A stretch of DNA of 40,208 nucleotides from Jimgerdemannia flammicorona (taxonomy: Eukaryota), in NCBI GenBank assembly GCA_003990765.1, contig RBNJ01000125.1:1-40208 (forward strand), written 5' to 3'. Under the pieces are notes generated by a model. It was not told where the DNA came from and did not search any database. It saw only the letters and a program-made list of their open reading frames with translations. The position numbers and the translations under genes are program-made. Positions 12,560 through 24,231 of the stretch are shown piece by piece. How positions within the stretch are numbered: position 1 is the stretch's first letter; every line of letters begins with the position of its first letter.

Positions 12560-13233
12560 CTGAAGTTCTCAGAGTATATTTTTAAATTAGATACTTGTTC
12601 CTTTAATATTGTATATAAGATAAAGTTCTTCTCAGTTGGATTTCAGTTTAATAGTAAAGTTTATTTTGATCATATTTTTTCAAACTAGTACTTGATCTCT
12701 AATCTTGAGCTTCTGTTCTTTCTGCTTCTAGTTATAGAACTTTTTTTTATCTTTTCTAGTTCTTGATTATCTGAGCTCAGACTTGATTATATAATTGTTC
12801 TGTCTTTTGAAGAGGTCTCTAAGATGCTCATGATCAGTAGTTCTGGTTTTTTTTTTTTTAACAAATATTATCTTAAATAGCTTTGTTTGACAGAAGTAGT
12901 AGGGGTATACTGAATTTTCCATAAGATCTCAGGTAAGCAGAGGTCTCTATTGATAGAATTAACTTAGTTAAGTCTCATCTTAATAGTTTGGTCCATTTGT
13001 TCTATCATATTATTAGTTTGCAGATAATATAATATGATTTATTTCAGGTAGATTTTGTGAATTCAAGCATAACTTATTAATGAATTCTATATCTTGATCA
13101 GAGATAAATTCTTCAAAAGATCTATATTTGAGTGTGAGATCATAGAGAAGGTCAATAATGATCAAGGCACTAGCAATTTCCATTAGAAAAGCTTCTGGTC
13201 ATTTGGTTAGATATTTAACAAATACTAAGATAT
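12560..13233 (-). pseudogene. Element D integrase core and C-terminus (split by insertion of element B)
   Basis: ILVFVKYLTK.PEAF, ISDQDIEF, YYLQTNNMIE, KLKSN.EELYLI. Confidence 0.8.
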
Positions 13234-16178
13234 TGTAATAGTAATTTCAGAATAGTAATATCACAACAGAAGACAGTCTTTCCTTATAAGCCATCAGATT
13301 GGAGTATAAGAAGATTATATAGCATAACTCATCCAGGCTATAAGATGAGCAATAATGACTAACCATAAGTCATTATGACTATAAGACAGATATCTCAAGG
13401 AATATAAAAGAAAGATTAAGAAACCACAGTAGCAGTAACTCAAACAAAGCTCACAGAAATAGTTCAAAAGACTTACCACAAACAAAATACCTACTGTTTG
13501 CCAAACCTCAAGGTCCAGGAACCACCAAGGCCCCTCAGTCTAGGAAAGAATGTTTCAAGATATCAAAAGAGCCATAAGGACCTACAAGAAGGACTCCTAG
13601 CCTCAACCTGAGTACTGGTGACCCTTATCATTATATCCTCTACTGCTATAAGATAGAAACAAAGATCACTATCACTACTGAATATCTCTGGATGTAGCAG
13701 AAATACAAAATAGGAAATCTTCTCTACTGGGAATTCTCTCAGGCCAGTTTCCAAGAGATACAAAATACTACTCTCATGGATATACATGAAATAAGGATAG
13801 TTAAGAAGATTCATCAGATCTTCAGATATGTACTATAGTCAATTCTCAAATTGGAATATGCTAGAATCTCAAACTTTAAGAAATTGTCAGCCTGCTATAC
13901 CAATGTACTGGAGGCCATAGTGGCCACAGAAGTCCAGTCTATCATCACTCTCAATAGTGATGAAGTAGAAGAGTTCTGAAATCCCATCATCCAGGACAAT
14001 CTAGATCAATTCTTACAAGGATTGATCTCAGTATTTCAAGGCCCCAGCATCTAGGTTAGACCTTCTCAAGACTCTACATTTGTCCCTTATTTTGTAGAAG
14101 AGAACCTCATAGATTGGAGAGCCCTAGATCTCCTTGCTCTCCCTACCACTGAATGTGATGATGTCATCAGCAATGACATTATCCCACTAATTGATAATAT
14201 ATACAAAATAGATGAAATGTTCACTGATCTCATCTCCTTCAAAGATATCTTATCTCTAATCTCTAGTTTTGATGATAGTGACAAAGATAACTATCTTTCT
14301 ATATATGGGTCAGTTCTATCATAACCTTAGTGAGAGTAGTAAGTGGTCATCTGGGAGAAGGTCCTGCAAGATTGGAGAGATTGACATCTATCTTTGGTGG
14401 GATATATTATAATTTTGAATGTCTACAGGTTACTGAAGTTGTAGTATTTGGTATATTATCTTGACTTTCTAGTCTGGGTAGTGAAGAGACTATTGAAGCT
14501 AGCCAAAGATTGAATCTGGGCTGGGTGGAGGAGCCAGATTAGCTGAGATATCTTATCACTACTAGTGGCTAGAGGTGGCCTTAGGCTGGTTGACTTCTCT
14601 AAGAGATTGCATTATCTGAGAGCATGGTGGCTGAAGAGAGCAGTAGAGCTAAGGGGTGATAGCTGGGTTCCTCTGTTGATAAAGATTTGGGAGATAAAGT
14701 GCTTGTCAAGAGAGTCTACTGGAGATTTACTATCCTTGGTTGGGCTTCCAAATACCAAGTGAATGAGATTTAAGAGATTCTGGTGAGGTATAGTGAATGG
14801 GGCTCACCAAATCAGCATTTGCTAACAAGGGAATGAAGGAGAGGTACCTGGGGACCCAGCAATATAGAGATGGGATCAAGTGTTGCTGAAGGGTACCCTC
14901 CTTATAGACTTTGATATTAGTGATGGGGTCAAGTATTAGAGAGAGTTGGGACAGGATGTATGGCCTAGCAGTTGGCAGCTAGCAGATATTGAAAAGGAGT
15001 AGGACTGGAATGGAATCTGGAATTGGAGTGCTGAGATTCAGCAATAGTTGCCACCTAAGTACTGGGTGGTCTGATGGTACATACTATAGAGAAATATCAT
15101 GCTGAACTTCTGCTCAGACCACCTAGTAGAGGGGGGGAACTTTGACTGTAAGGAGTGCTACAATGTAGGACAGGAAGAGAGATTTGTACAGACATCAGAA
15201 CATTGGCTAGGAGAGTGTGAGATACTTGGGGACTTTTGATTAGCAGTTGGGAATCAATTGGGGGTAGTGAGAAGGGGGGATGATGTGTGGGGTCAATGGG
15301 AGGATCTGAGAGATAGATTGGTAGAGGGGATTGAGAAGGAGTGACTCATCCTGGGTTGGGTGTTAGTAGTATGGGTAGGGCTGACAGGTCACTGGTTGTA
15401 CGTTTTTGAGAAAGGAAAGTATTTGAGTTTAGAAGAGCAGTTGATAAGATGGGAAGATTTGATGGGGATATTTTGATGAGCTGGTGAATGGGGTGAGGGC
15501 TGTAGAGTAGTTAGTGGTACTATTTAGTAGAGAAAATTTGTGAACAGAGTAAAGAGAGAGTTGGAGTAATGGGTGAAAAGGTGGTATTCAAGTATGAGAG
15601 TATAAGGGGAGGGGCAGGGGGGGGGCCTAGGGGGATTGGGTAGTGGGTAGGAAGTGTGTAATTATATTTGATAGATTGGTAATAAATAGTGAAGTCCAAG
15701 TAACTATAAAAAAAAAAATAAAAAAAAATAGTAATGAAGATAAAGCCCTGATGGTCCTAAACATTCTGCTCTAAGTTCTTAGTACTACTAAAATCTACTG
15801 GCATCCTGAACTTGTACAACTATTTATACAGGTACTTGAATTTGTACTTATAACTAAAGTTTTCTATATTCCAGTATTTTATTTGATTATTGGAATTTAT
15901 ATTTAGTTTTATATCTTAGCAACTATTGAATTATATTTTGTATAAATATCTCTCTTATTTCCTTTGAAATAAAGTCAGTCAAGTTCACTTACACTCAATT
16001 CTATACAAGCAACCTAAGAGATAATAAGACAGTTTAAAGATAAGAAGTTTGAGGACTATAAGATCTTGAGAAGATACTCCAATAAGAACTTGCTTATAAC
16101 AAACTTGTAGTTAGTCTAAGAGATATATCTTGAAAAGAATCTGATATATTTGAAGGACTCAGCACTTAGTATGTAACA
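13234..16178 (+). repeat. Element B 5' LTR (interrupted by LINE 14291-15727)
   Basis: TGTAATAG...ATGTAACA; aligns to 21860-23320 once the LINE and its TSD are removed. Confidence 0.88.
14291..15727 (+). mobile_element. 5'-truncated LINE with poly(A) and 16-bp TSD
   Basis: Aligns to ~28606-30044; A-tail at 15707-15728; TSD atagtgacaaagataa (14275-14290) / atagtaatgaagataa (15728-15743). Confidence 0.92.
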
Positions 16179-16181
16179 ACT

Positions 16182-16199
16182 TAGTATCTATTAGCTGGT
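16182..16199 (+). promoter_or_regulatory. Primer-binding site of element B (eroded)
   Basis: act-TAGTATCTATTAGCTGG aligns to A's act-TGGTGCCTATTGACTAG; the downstream leader is also shared. Confidence 0.7.
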
Positions 16200-16295
16200 G
16201 ATTCAAGATGAATCTCTCACTTTCAAGCTAAAAAATGAACAACTACCATAATAACTACCCTGATTACAAGAGTCACCTCTGCAAGAATTCAAGAT

Positions 16296-17200
16296 ATGAT
16301 GGAAATACATCTCTCCACATTCTATGAATATACTACTAAAGAGTCAATCCTGACCTTCATTGAAGACTTTGAACAATTTACCACTATATAAGCCCTCACT
16401 GTGGATGCACAATTGGCCCTTCTATCAGTCAGCCTCAGAGGACCTGCCAGAGACAAGTTTAATATAGCCACTATTGCTAATACTGATGCAGTCAAACTTG
16501 CCAACATAAAGACCTTCCTCAGAACTACATACTATACTGAAGAGATCAAGTAAGCTCTCAAAGATCAACTCAATACTATCTGTCAAGGACTTAATGAAGA
16601 CCCCAACTCATTCTATACCTAAATCTGCCACCAGATTGTCTTGACTGGCTATGATGATGTCCTCAAGGAACAAATAGCTGATTCAACCTTCCTTAAAGGA
16701 GTCTACTCTGAAATTGTCCTAGCAATCTAGTCTACCCCAGCTGCTCTAACTCTTGACCAGAAAGTAGTCTTTGTACAGAGATATTGGACTATCAGACACC
16801 CCATCAAACACTCAATGGAGAAAATAACTGACATCAAGATGGAGCTGTAAAAGCCAACCAGTATTACATCCACCACAGTCATCAACAGACAACTATCCCC
16901 ACTTACTCTCAAGGTAGTCAAAGCTGACCTAGTGGAGGAACTTGCCAAGCAGTTTGTCAAGATGACTGCACACCTTGGTAATGTTGTTAGAGAAGTCTGA
17001 AGTATCAATAGGAGACCAGTATAGAGATTTGCAGTTGCTATAGAAGAATACAATATTATATACTTCAGATGTAGAGAAGAAGGCCACTATACAAAGAGTT
17101 GCATAACTGAAATAAGTGCAAAGCCCAACCAAGCAATACTACCAGAACCAGAGAATAAATCAATACAGTAGTCATCAAGGAGATTTGTAACACTGATGAT
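16296..17200 (+). pseudogene. Element B gag with CCHC zinc knuckle
   Basis: MMEIHLSTFYEYTTKESILTFIEDFEQF; knuckle (C>Y)FRCREEGHYTKSC at ~17061-17102. Confidence 0.8.
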
Positions 17201-17674
17201 GAAGAATACTATGAGAAATCTGAATTCTACCCTGTTACTGAAGATACCAGAACCCAGTCTAAGCCTTATGACAAAAAGAGCAACAGCAAGTCAGTTGGAA
17301 GTCCAAAGAAGACCTCAGCTATCACTATTCAAAGTAAGACCCAACTTGAGGAGATTGATCAAGACATAGAGTTAGATGAAGCTGTTTACCAAATTATTGA
17401 ATGTACTACTCTAGTCTTAGAAGAAAGTGAGAGCAAGAAAGAACAGAAGCTATATAAGATAAAGATCCACCAATATGATATCTACAAGGATCTTAAAGAA
17501 TAGAAGGTCAATGCTACTTTTGGACAACTAGCTGAAGTCTCTGCCTTCAGACAGTAGTTAAGAGTAGGACTTATAACTACTATCAAGAACAAAGAGTACA
17601 AGATCATAAAAGCTCACAATATACAAGAAGAATCTGAGAACTCAGATGAAGAATCTGAAGATCAGTACAAAACA

Positions 17675-18045
17675 TCAGCCTATATCCTATGTCAGATTGA
17701 AGATTGTATCTTTGATGTCATCATTGATACTGGTACTGAAGAATGTCTTATGAGTAAGAAGACAATTGATTATCTAGACTGAGATATTGAATAGTCTACC
17801 AAAATGGTCTATATTATAGCAGATAGTATATGAGCTACCTTTCTAGGTAAGATCTGAGAAGTCTCCATCAAGATAGGAGAAGCTACTATTCTAGTAGATG
17901 TGATTGTTACAAGTATCACTAACTATGATATTCTCATTGACAACTAATGGCTTCATAAGGCCAAGACTGTCATTGACCTCAATGTCCAGAAGATGCAGAT
18001 CAACTATATAGGAAGAAAGATACAAGTCTCTATCAATATCCACAA
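17675..18045 (+). pseudogene. Element B aspartic protease
   Basis: VIIDTGTEE (~17717) and YDILIDN.WLHKAK. Confidence 0.85.
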
Positions 18046-18384
18046 AGAAGTACTACTAGATATGGAAGAAAGAGATGAAGAGGACACAGAAGTCTTCATA
18101 TACTCAGTGTAAAAGAATAAGAACAAGACACCCAAGCTCACAGATGAGCAGTGGTACAATAAGATTATTGATGGCTATACTCCTTAAGAAAGATGCCCCC
18201 ATGGTACTAGGATGTACTGCTCTGAACACCTGAATGACTACTGGTTCTATATCAGTGAAGTCAGGAAAATCTATCAACAAAAGTATGAGCAAGAAGCTGC
18301 TGAAGCAAAAAGGAAAGCCAAAGAAGATGATCAGTCTCCAGAGCTTCAAGCTGATAGTGATGATGAGGAGGAATAAGAACCAGA

Positions 18385-18810
18385 CATCACTCTCAAGGTC
18401 AAGAAGTTTCATCCTGAAGCCAAGATCTCAGAATACAAGACTGAAGGAGCCATAGAAATGGACCTTACCAGTATTCAAGATGCTATTCTCAAACTACAGA
18501 CCACTACTCTACTTGGTACTGGAATTGGAGTCAAGTTGCCAGAGAACCATGTCAAAATTATCTAAACCAGGAGCAGTCTGGCCAAAAGCAAAATCTCAGT
18601 TGAAGGAGGAGTAATTGACCCTGATTATACTGGTGAGATCTTCCTCATAGTCAGGAATTACAACAACACTACCCCATTCAAAGTCAAGAAATATAATAGG
18701 ATTGACCAGATGCTGATTCATGAAGTCAAGAAGCCTAAGATCACTAAAGCCATCAAACTTATTAAGATTAAGAGAGAAGAACAAGACTTTGGATCTACTG
18801 AAAGAAGAGT
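18385..18810 (+). pseudogene. Element B dUTPase
   Basis: KVKKFHPEAK, EMDL, RSSLA, EGGVIDPDYTGEI, DRIDQM, REEQDFGST. Confidence 0.92.
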
Positions 18811-18989
18811 CTATGCTGCCACCAAGATTATCAAACTTGAGCACAAAAAAGACAAGAATCAGAACAAATACATATATACCATTGGAGAAAACTTTTCCCT
18901 AGAAGAAAAACTTCTCAAGATCCTACACCAGAATAAAGAAGTACTTGCTATAGACTTCAGGGACATCTATAATCAAGAACCCAAGTACT

Positions 18990-20270
18990 ACTATAAAGTT
19001 GATACTAGCAATACCAAGTCCATCTACCAGAAAGCCAGACCTATATCATCTGTCTACAGAGAATGGCTGCAAGCAGAACTCAAGGAGATGGAAGAAGCTA
19101 GTATCATCAAGTAAGCTATTAGTCCCTGGACTTTACTCATTGTCCTTACTCCAAGGAAAGGAAATAAGCCTGAAGAGTTTGCTCTAAGACTCTGTATTGA
19201 TTACAGAAAGCTCAATACAATCACCAAGAAGGATAGACAGCTCTTGCCAAATATTCAAGAAATCCTTACCACCTTTGAAAGTGAAATTACCTTGGATCTG
19301 TTCTCAAGCTTCCATCAGATTGGTCTCACTCAAGATGCCAGTGAGAAATCAGCCTTCATCATATCTGATGCCACCTATGTCTACCTGCAAATGCCATTTG
19401 GAATATATAATAATCCAGCAAGTTTTTGGTAAATAATGAATAGAGTCTTCAGCAATAAGATTGAAAAATGGCTCTTTGTCTATGTTGATGATGTAATCAT
19501 CTTCAGCAACACTATATAGAAATATGTCAACTATATATAGCTGACTCTCAAGAAGCTCAAGAAGTATGGCCTCTATATTAAGCCTAAGAAGTATAAGTTT
19601 ACAGCTCAGGAAATTTCCTACCTAGGACATATCATCAACCAGACTGGAATTTACATAGATTCTATAAATATTGAGGCTGTTGCAATCTACTCAAGACTCA
19701 GAACAACTATAGAAGTCTATGTCTTCCTTGGACTGGCCTCCTACTATAGAAGATTCATCAAAGAATACTCTAATATTGCAGCACCTATCAACAAGCTACT
19801 GAAGAAGGAGACTAAATTTAAATAGACCAAGGAATATCCAGAAATCTTCAATAAACTTAAGACCAGATTGACCCAAGCACCCATCTTCAGAAGACCAGAT
19901 TGGAATCTAGAGTTTATCCTATAGACAGATATAAGTGTTATAGAACTTAGAGCAGTCCTAGCTTAGAATAAAGATAGATATAAATATGTTATCTCATATA
20001 TAAGCTGAGATATCTACAGAGCAGAACAGAACTACAAGTCATATAAGCTGGAATACTTAGCAGTAGTTTAAGCAGTAAACAAGTTCCACTACTATTTAGC
20101 TGGGAAATACTTTACTATTCAAACAGACAATTCTGCTCTTGTCTGGTTATTCTACACTCTGAACCCCAAAGAAATATATGTCAGATAGATCTATAGGCTG
20201 TAAGAGTATGACTGTACTATCAAGCACTGCTCAGAAAGAACTAATGCCAATACTGATATACTCTCAAAGA
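18990..20270 (+). pseudogene. Element B reverse transcriptase and RNase H
   Basis: RLCIDYRKLN, LDLFSSFHQI, MPFGIYNNPA, VYVDDVII (19478), YLGHII, FLGLASYYRRFI, TDNSAL. Confidence 0.92.
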
Positions 20271-20419
20271 CACTCCAAAACACCTCTATCAAGACTATTT
20301 AATATGAATAAAGAGCTATACTATGGATTAACTTTGGACAGCAGAAGATGTCCAACCACCTTGAACCCTGGACTATTACCATCATTAACTGGACTTGGAA
20401 ACAATTTAAACTAGACAAT

Positions 20420-21501
20420 ACTATACTCAGAAAAGGAGAAAAACTCATAATATCTAAATACAAGAAGTATCAAGTAATGAAGAAAGTATATGAATAAGGA
20501 TACCTAGGAGGAATCAACATATATGACAAGGCAAGAAGAACTATGTGGTGGCCTAAGATAAAAGAAGACCTGTGCCAATTTGTCAAAGGGTGTGATAAGT
20601 GCCAAAGCAGAAACAAGATCAGCAAGACCAGATACCTAGATCATCAAGAATTGAGCCTATCTCCTTCCACCACATCATAATGGATATTATTGGACTGCTA
20701 CCAGTAACACTATCAGGAAACTGCTATATTATAGTTATTATAGACCTCTTTACCAAATGGATAGAAGCAGAAGTATTACAAGAAGTTAATGCTCTCTCTA
20801 TAGCTAACTTTCTGTACTGAGAAATCATCTGCTACTACAAGACACCAAGACAAATCACCACAGACTCTAGCACAGAATTTGTCAATGGATTCTATGAGAT
20901 AAGATATCAGAAATACAAGATTTAGCATATCAAGACTACTGTATACTACTCTCAAGAAAATAGACAGATAGAAATAACCAATAAGACCCTTAAGAATATT
21001 CTAGCAAAGATCTCAGACATATATGATAATTGGGATAACTATCTCCCAACTGTCCTCTCTGTTCTATAAGACATATGATCAGAGAGTACACACTTTATCC
21101 CAAGAGAACTGCTCTTTAAAGAAGAAGATTCTGATGGAACCTCAGTCACAAATCTAGATCTAACTTGGAGATAGATTGACTCAGAAATCTGGAGACTACA
21201 CCAGATCAGGAAGAAGGCTAAATATTATATCATTAAGTCATAAGCACTGATAAGGAAAAATGCAGAAAAGAATCACAAGACCCTAAAACCCATCCAAATT
21301 GGAGAAAAGGTCCTATGGTATTGAAATATAATAGAAGCCTCATAGTTGTAAAAACTGGAGCTCAAATGGGAAGAACCCTTCTATATACAAGATATCAAGG
21401 GAATTATCTTTTGGCTTAGAAAACTCTCAGGGACTATACTGTCTACTATAGTATATAGTAACAGACTCAAGAAGTACAATAAACCTATATAAGAGAAGTA
21501 A
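20420..21501 (+). pseudogene. Element B integrase
   Basis: WWP...CDKCQ, MDIIGLLP, IDLFTKWIEA, TDSSTEF, KLELKWEEPF. Confidence 0.9.
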
Positions 21502-21859
21502 AATGTGATGACAACCCATGAGGTTCTAGTCTGTGAATTATAACAGTATGTCTTGTGACCAGCAGGAAATCTGTCTGGACCATTATCTAAGAGATACAGT
21601 ACTAGTAACTACTCATCTATAAAACTTTTGAAGCCAGAGGAGTTTGAACCATCAACTGATTGGTCAAGATTAGAATTAGGCCCTTGCTCTATATAAAGGG
21701 AGCAACTCTTCACCATCAGGCCAAAATACATAAGAAAGATACCAGTCTATAAATACTTCTTTTTGACTCCCTGCTAGAGGTTATAGAATCAGCAAAAATT
21801 TTCAGACTAGATCAATGAATAAGGATATTCAAAAAGAAGATTCTTATTCAGGAGGAAGA

Positions 21860-23320
21860 TAATAGTAATCTTAGAATAGTGATATCATAACAGAAGACAG
21901 CCTTTTCTTACAAGCTACCAGATCAGAGTATAAGAAGATCATATGGTATAACTCACCCAGGCTACAAGATGAGCAATAATGACCAACTATGAGTCATCGT
22001 GACTAAAGACAGATATCTTGAGGAATATAAAAGAAGGATTAAGAAACCACAGTAGCAGCAACTCAAACAAGGCTCACAGAAATAGTTCAAAAGACTTACC
22101 ATAAACAAAATACCTGCTGCTCACCAAACCTCAAGGTCCAGGAACCACCAAGGCCCCTTAATCTAGAAAAGAATATTCCAAGACATTAGAAGAGCCATGA
22201 GGACTCATACAAGAAGGACTCCTAGCCTCAACCTAGGTACTGGTGACCCTTATCATTATATCCTCTATCACTATAAAATAGAAACAAGGATCACTATCAC
22301 TACTAAATGTCTCTAGATATAGCAGAAATATGAAATAGGAAATCCCCTTTACTGAGAATTCCCTTAGGCCAGTCCCCAAGAGATATAAGATGCTACTCCC
22401 ATAGATATATGTGAAATAAGAACAGCTAAGAAGATTCATGAGGTCTTCAGATATATACCATAGTTAATCCCCAACTTAGAGTATACTAGAATCTCAGACT
22501 TTAAGAAATTATCAGCCCACTATACCAATGCACTAGAGGCCATAGTAGCTACAGAAGTTCAGTCCACCATTACTCTCAATAGTGATAAAGTAGAAGAGTT
22601 CTGGAATCTCATCCTCCAGGACAATTCAGATCAATTTCTACAAGGATTGATCTTAGTATTCCAAGGACTCAGCATCTAGGTTAGACCTCCCTAAGACCCT
22701 ACATTTATTTCTTATTTTGTGGAAGAGAATCTTATAGATTGGAGAGCTCTGAATTTCTTTGCTCTCTCTATTGCCAAATATGATGATGTTATCAGTAATG
22801 ATGTTATTCTGCTAATTGGAAATATATGCAAAATAGATGAAATATTTACTGATCTCAATTTCTTTGATAATAGTGACAAAGATGAAGCCCCTATAGTCCT
22901 AAACATTCTGCTCTAGGTTCTTGATATTACCAAAATCTACTGGCATTCTAAACCTGTGTAACCATTTATACAGACACTCAAATTTGTACTTACAACTGAA
23001 GTTTTCTATATTCCAGTATTTTATTTGATTATTGGAATTTATATTTAGCCTTATATCTGAGTAACTAGTGAATTATATTTTATATAAATACCCATCTTAT
23101 TTCTTTTGAAATAAAGTCAGTCAAGTTCACTTATACTCAATTCCATACAAGCAATCTAAGAGATAACAAGACAGTTTAAAAATAAGAAGTTTGAGGACTA
23201 TAAGATCTTGGGAAGGCACTCTAATAAGAACTTGCTTATAGCAAACTTGTAGTTAGTCTAAGAGATATACCTTGAAGAGAATCTGATGTATTTGAAGAAC
23301 TTAGTATCCAGTAGATAATA
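21860..23320 (+). repeat. Element B 3' LTR (PPT at 21850-21859)
   Basis: Direct repeat of the 5' LTR, preceded by AGGAGGAAGA; terminal dinucleotides are eroded. Confidence 0.88.
22170..22916 (+). pseudogene. ORF embedded in the element B LTR (ORF3 family, about 250 aa or more; start uncertain)
   Basis: One frame ...GTGDPYHYILY...QKYEIGNPLY.EFP...TAKKIHEVFRY...ISDFKKLS...DEIFTDLNFFDNSDKDEAP; most stops are sense codons in another LTR copy; indels of 15 and 30 nt between copies preserve the frame. Confidence 0.72.
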
Positions 23321-23801
23321 TATTTATTTCTTCTTAATATATATAATAAATAAGAGTCTATAATATCTACTCTCTATCTTTGAAAGATGTAGATTAGTAG
23401 TATAATTAGTTATAGTAGTTCTTGATAGTTCTTCTTTTCTTAATACTTCTGGCAGATGTTATATGTATTTCTTGAGTATATTTCTAACTTGTATTCTGAA
23501 ATTTGAGTCAGTATTAGTATATTGTTTATAGCTTTTCTTCTATATTTGTCTGTCCTTAATGGGCTTTCTGATTTTCTTATCAGATGAGATTCTCTTGTGA
23601 TTTAATAGTTATAGAAATTTTCTTTAGAGTGCAGTTCCTTAATATTGATTTATTAGAGTTAGTGAGAATATATATAAACAATTTATAGACTTTCTCTACT
23701 TTATAAATAATAGTGATTTTGTAATCCTATAAGATCAGAATCCAGTAGATTAGGTTTTCAGTAGATTTATTTTACATAGTTGAATAACTATATGAGAGTA
23801 A
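23321..23801 (-). pseudogene. Element D RNase H end and integrase N-terminus
   Basis: LI.LFNY...LIYWILIL.DYKITIIYKVEKV (RNase H end); NICQK; FQR.RVDIIDS...RRNKY, continuing at 13233. Confidence 0.75.
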
Positions 23802-24231
23802 TGTAATATGCCTGGCTCAATAGAGACAAATTACAAGGTTGGGGGTTAATGTAGTTTGGCTTGAGCCTCCAGTTACTTTGTCAAAAAGCAACAAAATGTT
23901 CTAAGATTCCTGAGATCCTTGGTGTTTAGTAGTATAATAGTCAAAACTGGATATCTGTGAGCGATTTCCTTATTGGGATGGTTCTCTGGATATAGTAGTG
24001 ATTTGTATGTGAATGGATTTCCTTCTTGAGTCAACTGGGAATTGGCAGAATTCATATATAGCATAATGAGTTCCTTATGTATGACAATCTGGTAATTTAG
24101 TAGTTTCCTTCTTAGGTGATAGTGATCTCTGTATAACAATCTCTGTATACATCTTTCTCCGGTAACATTCAGGTTACACAATCTTTTGGCAACACTTTCA
24201 ATACAGTTTCTGGAGAAAAGCTACTAGTATC

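Larger units (their letters stand above)
13234..23320 (+). mobile_element. Element B: full-length, degenerate Ty3/gypsy LTR retrotransposon with ~1.46-kb ORF-containing LTRs, inserted in the integrase of element D
   Basis: Paired LTRs, PBS, PPT, gag-PR-dUTPase-RT-RH-IN. Removing it restores D's ...RRNKY|ILVFV... integrase frame with an ATAT overlap. Confidence 0.92.

Noticed and set aside
13580-13660. Hydrophobic run (GLLAST.VLVTLIIISSTAIR) suggesting an env-like TM helix in the B LTR
   Set aside because: It lies in an alternative frame that connects to upstream sequence only through a 2-nt deletion private to one copy; the long conserved frame is different.
23802-24178. Apparent 377-bp solo LTR (TGTAAT...GTTACA) followed by a TGGCAAC PBS-like motif
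   Set aside because: The 15-bp LINE TSD ends at 24149, so GTTACA and TGGCAAC lie in the LINE 5'UTR; 23802-24149 fits better as the U5 end of element C's LTR.
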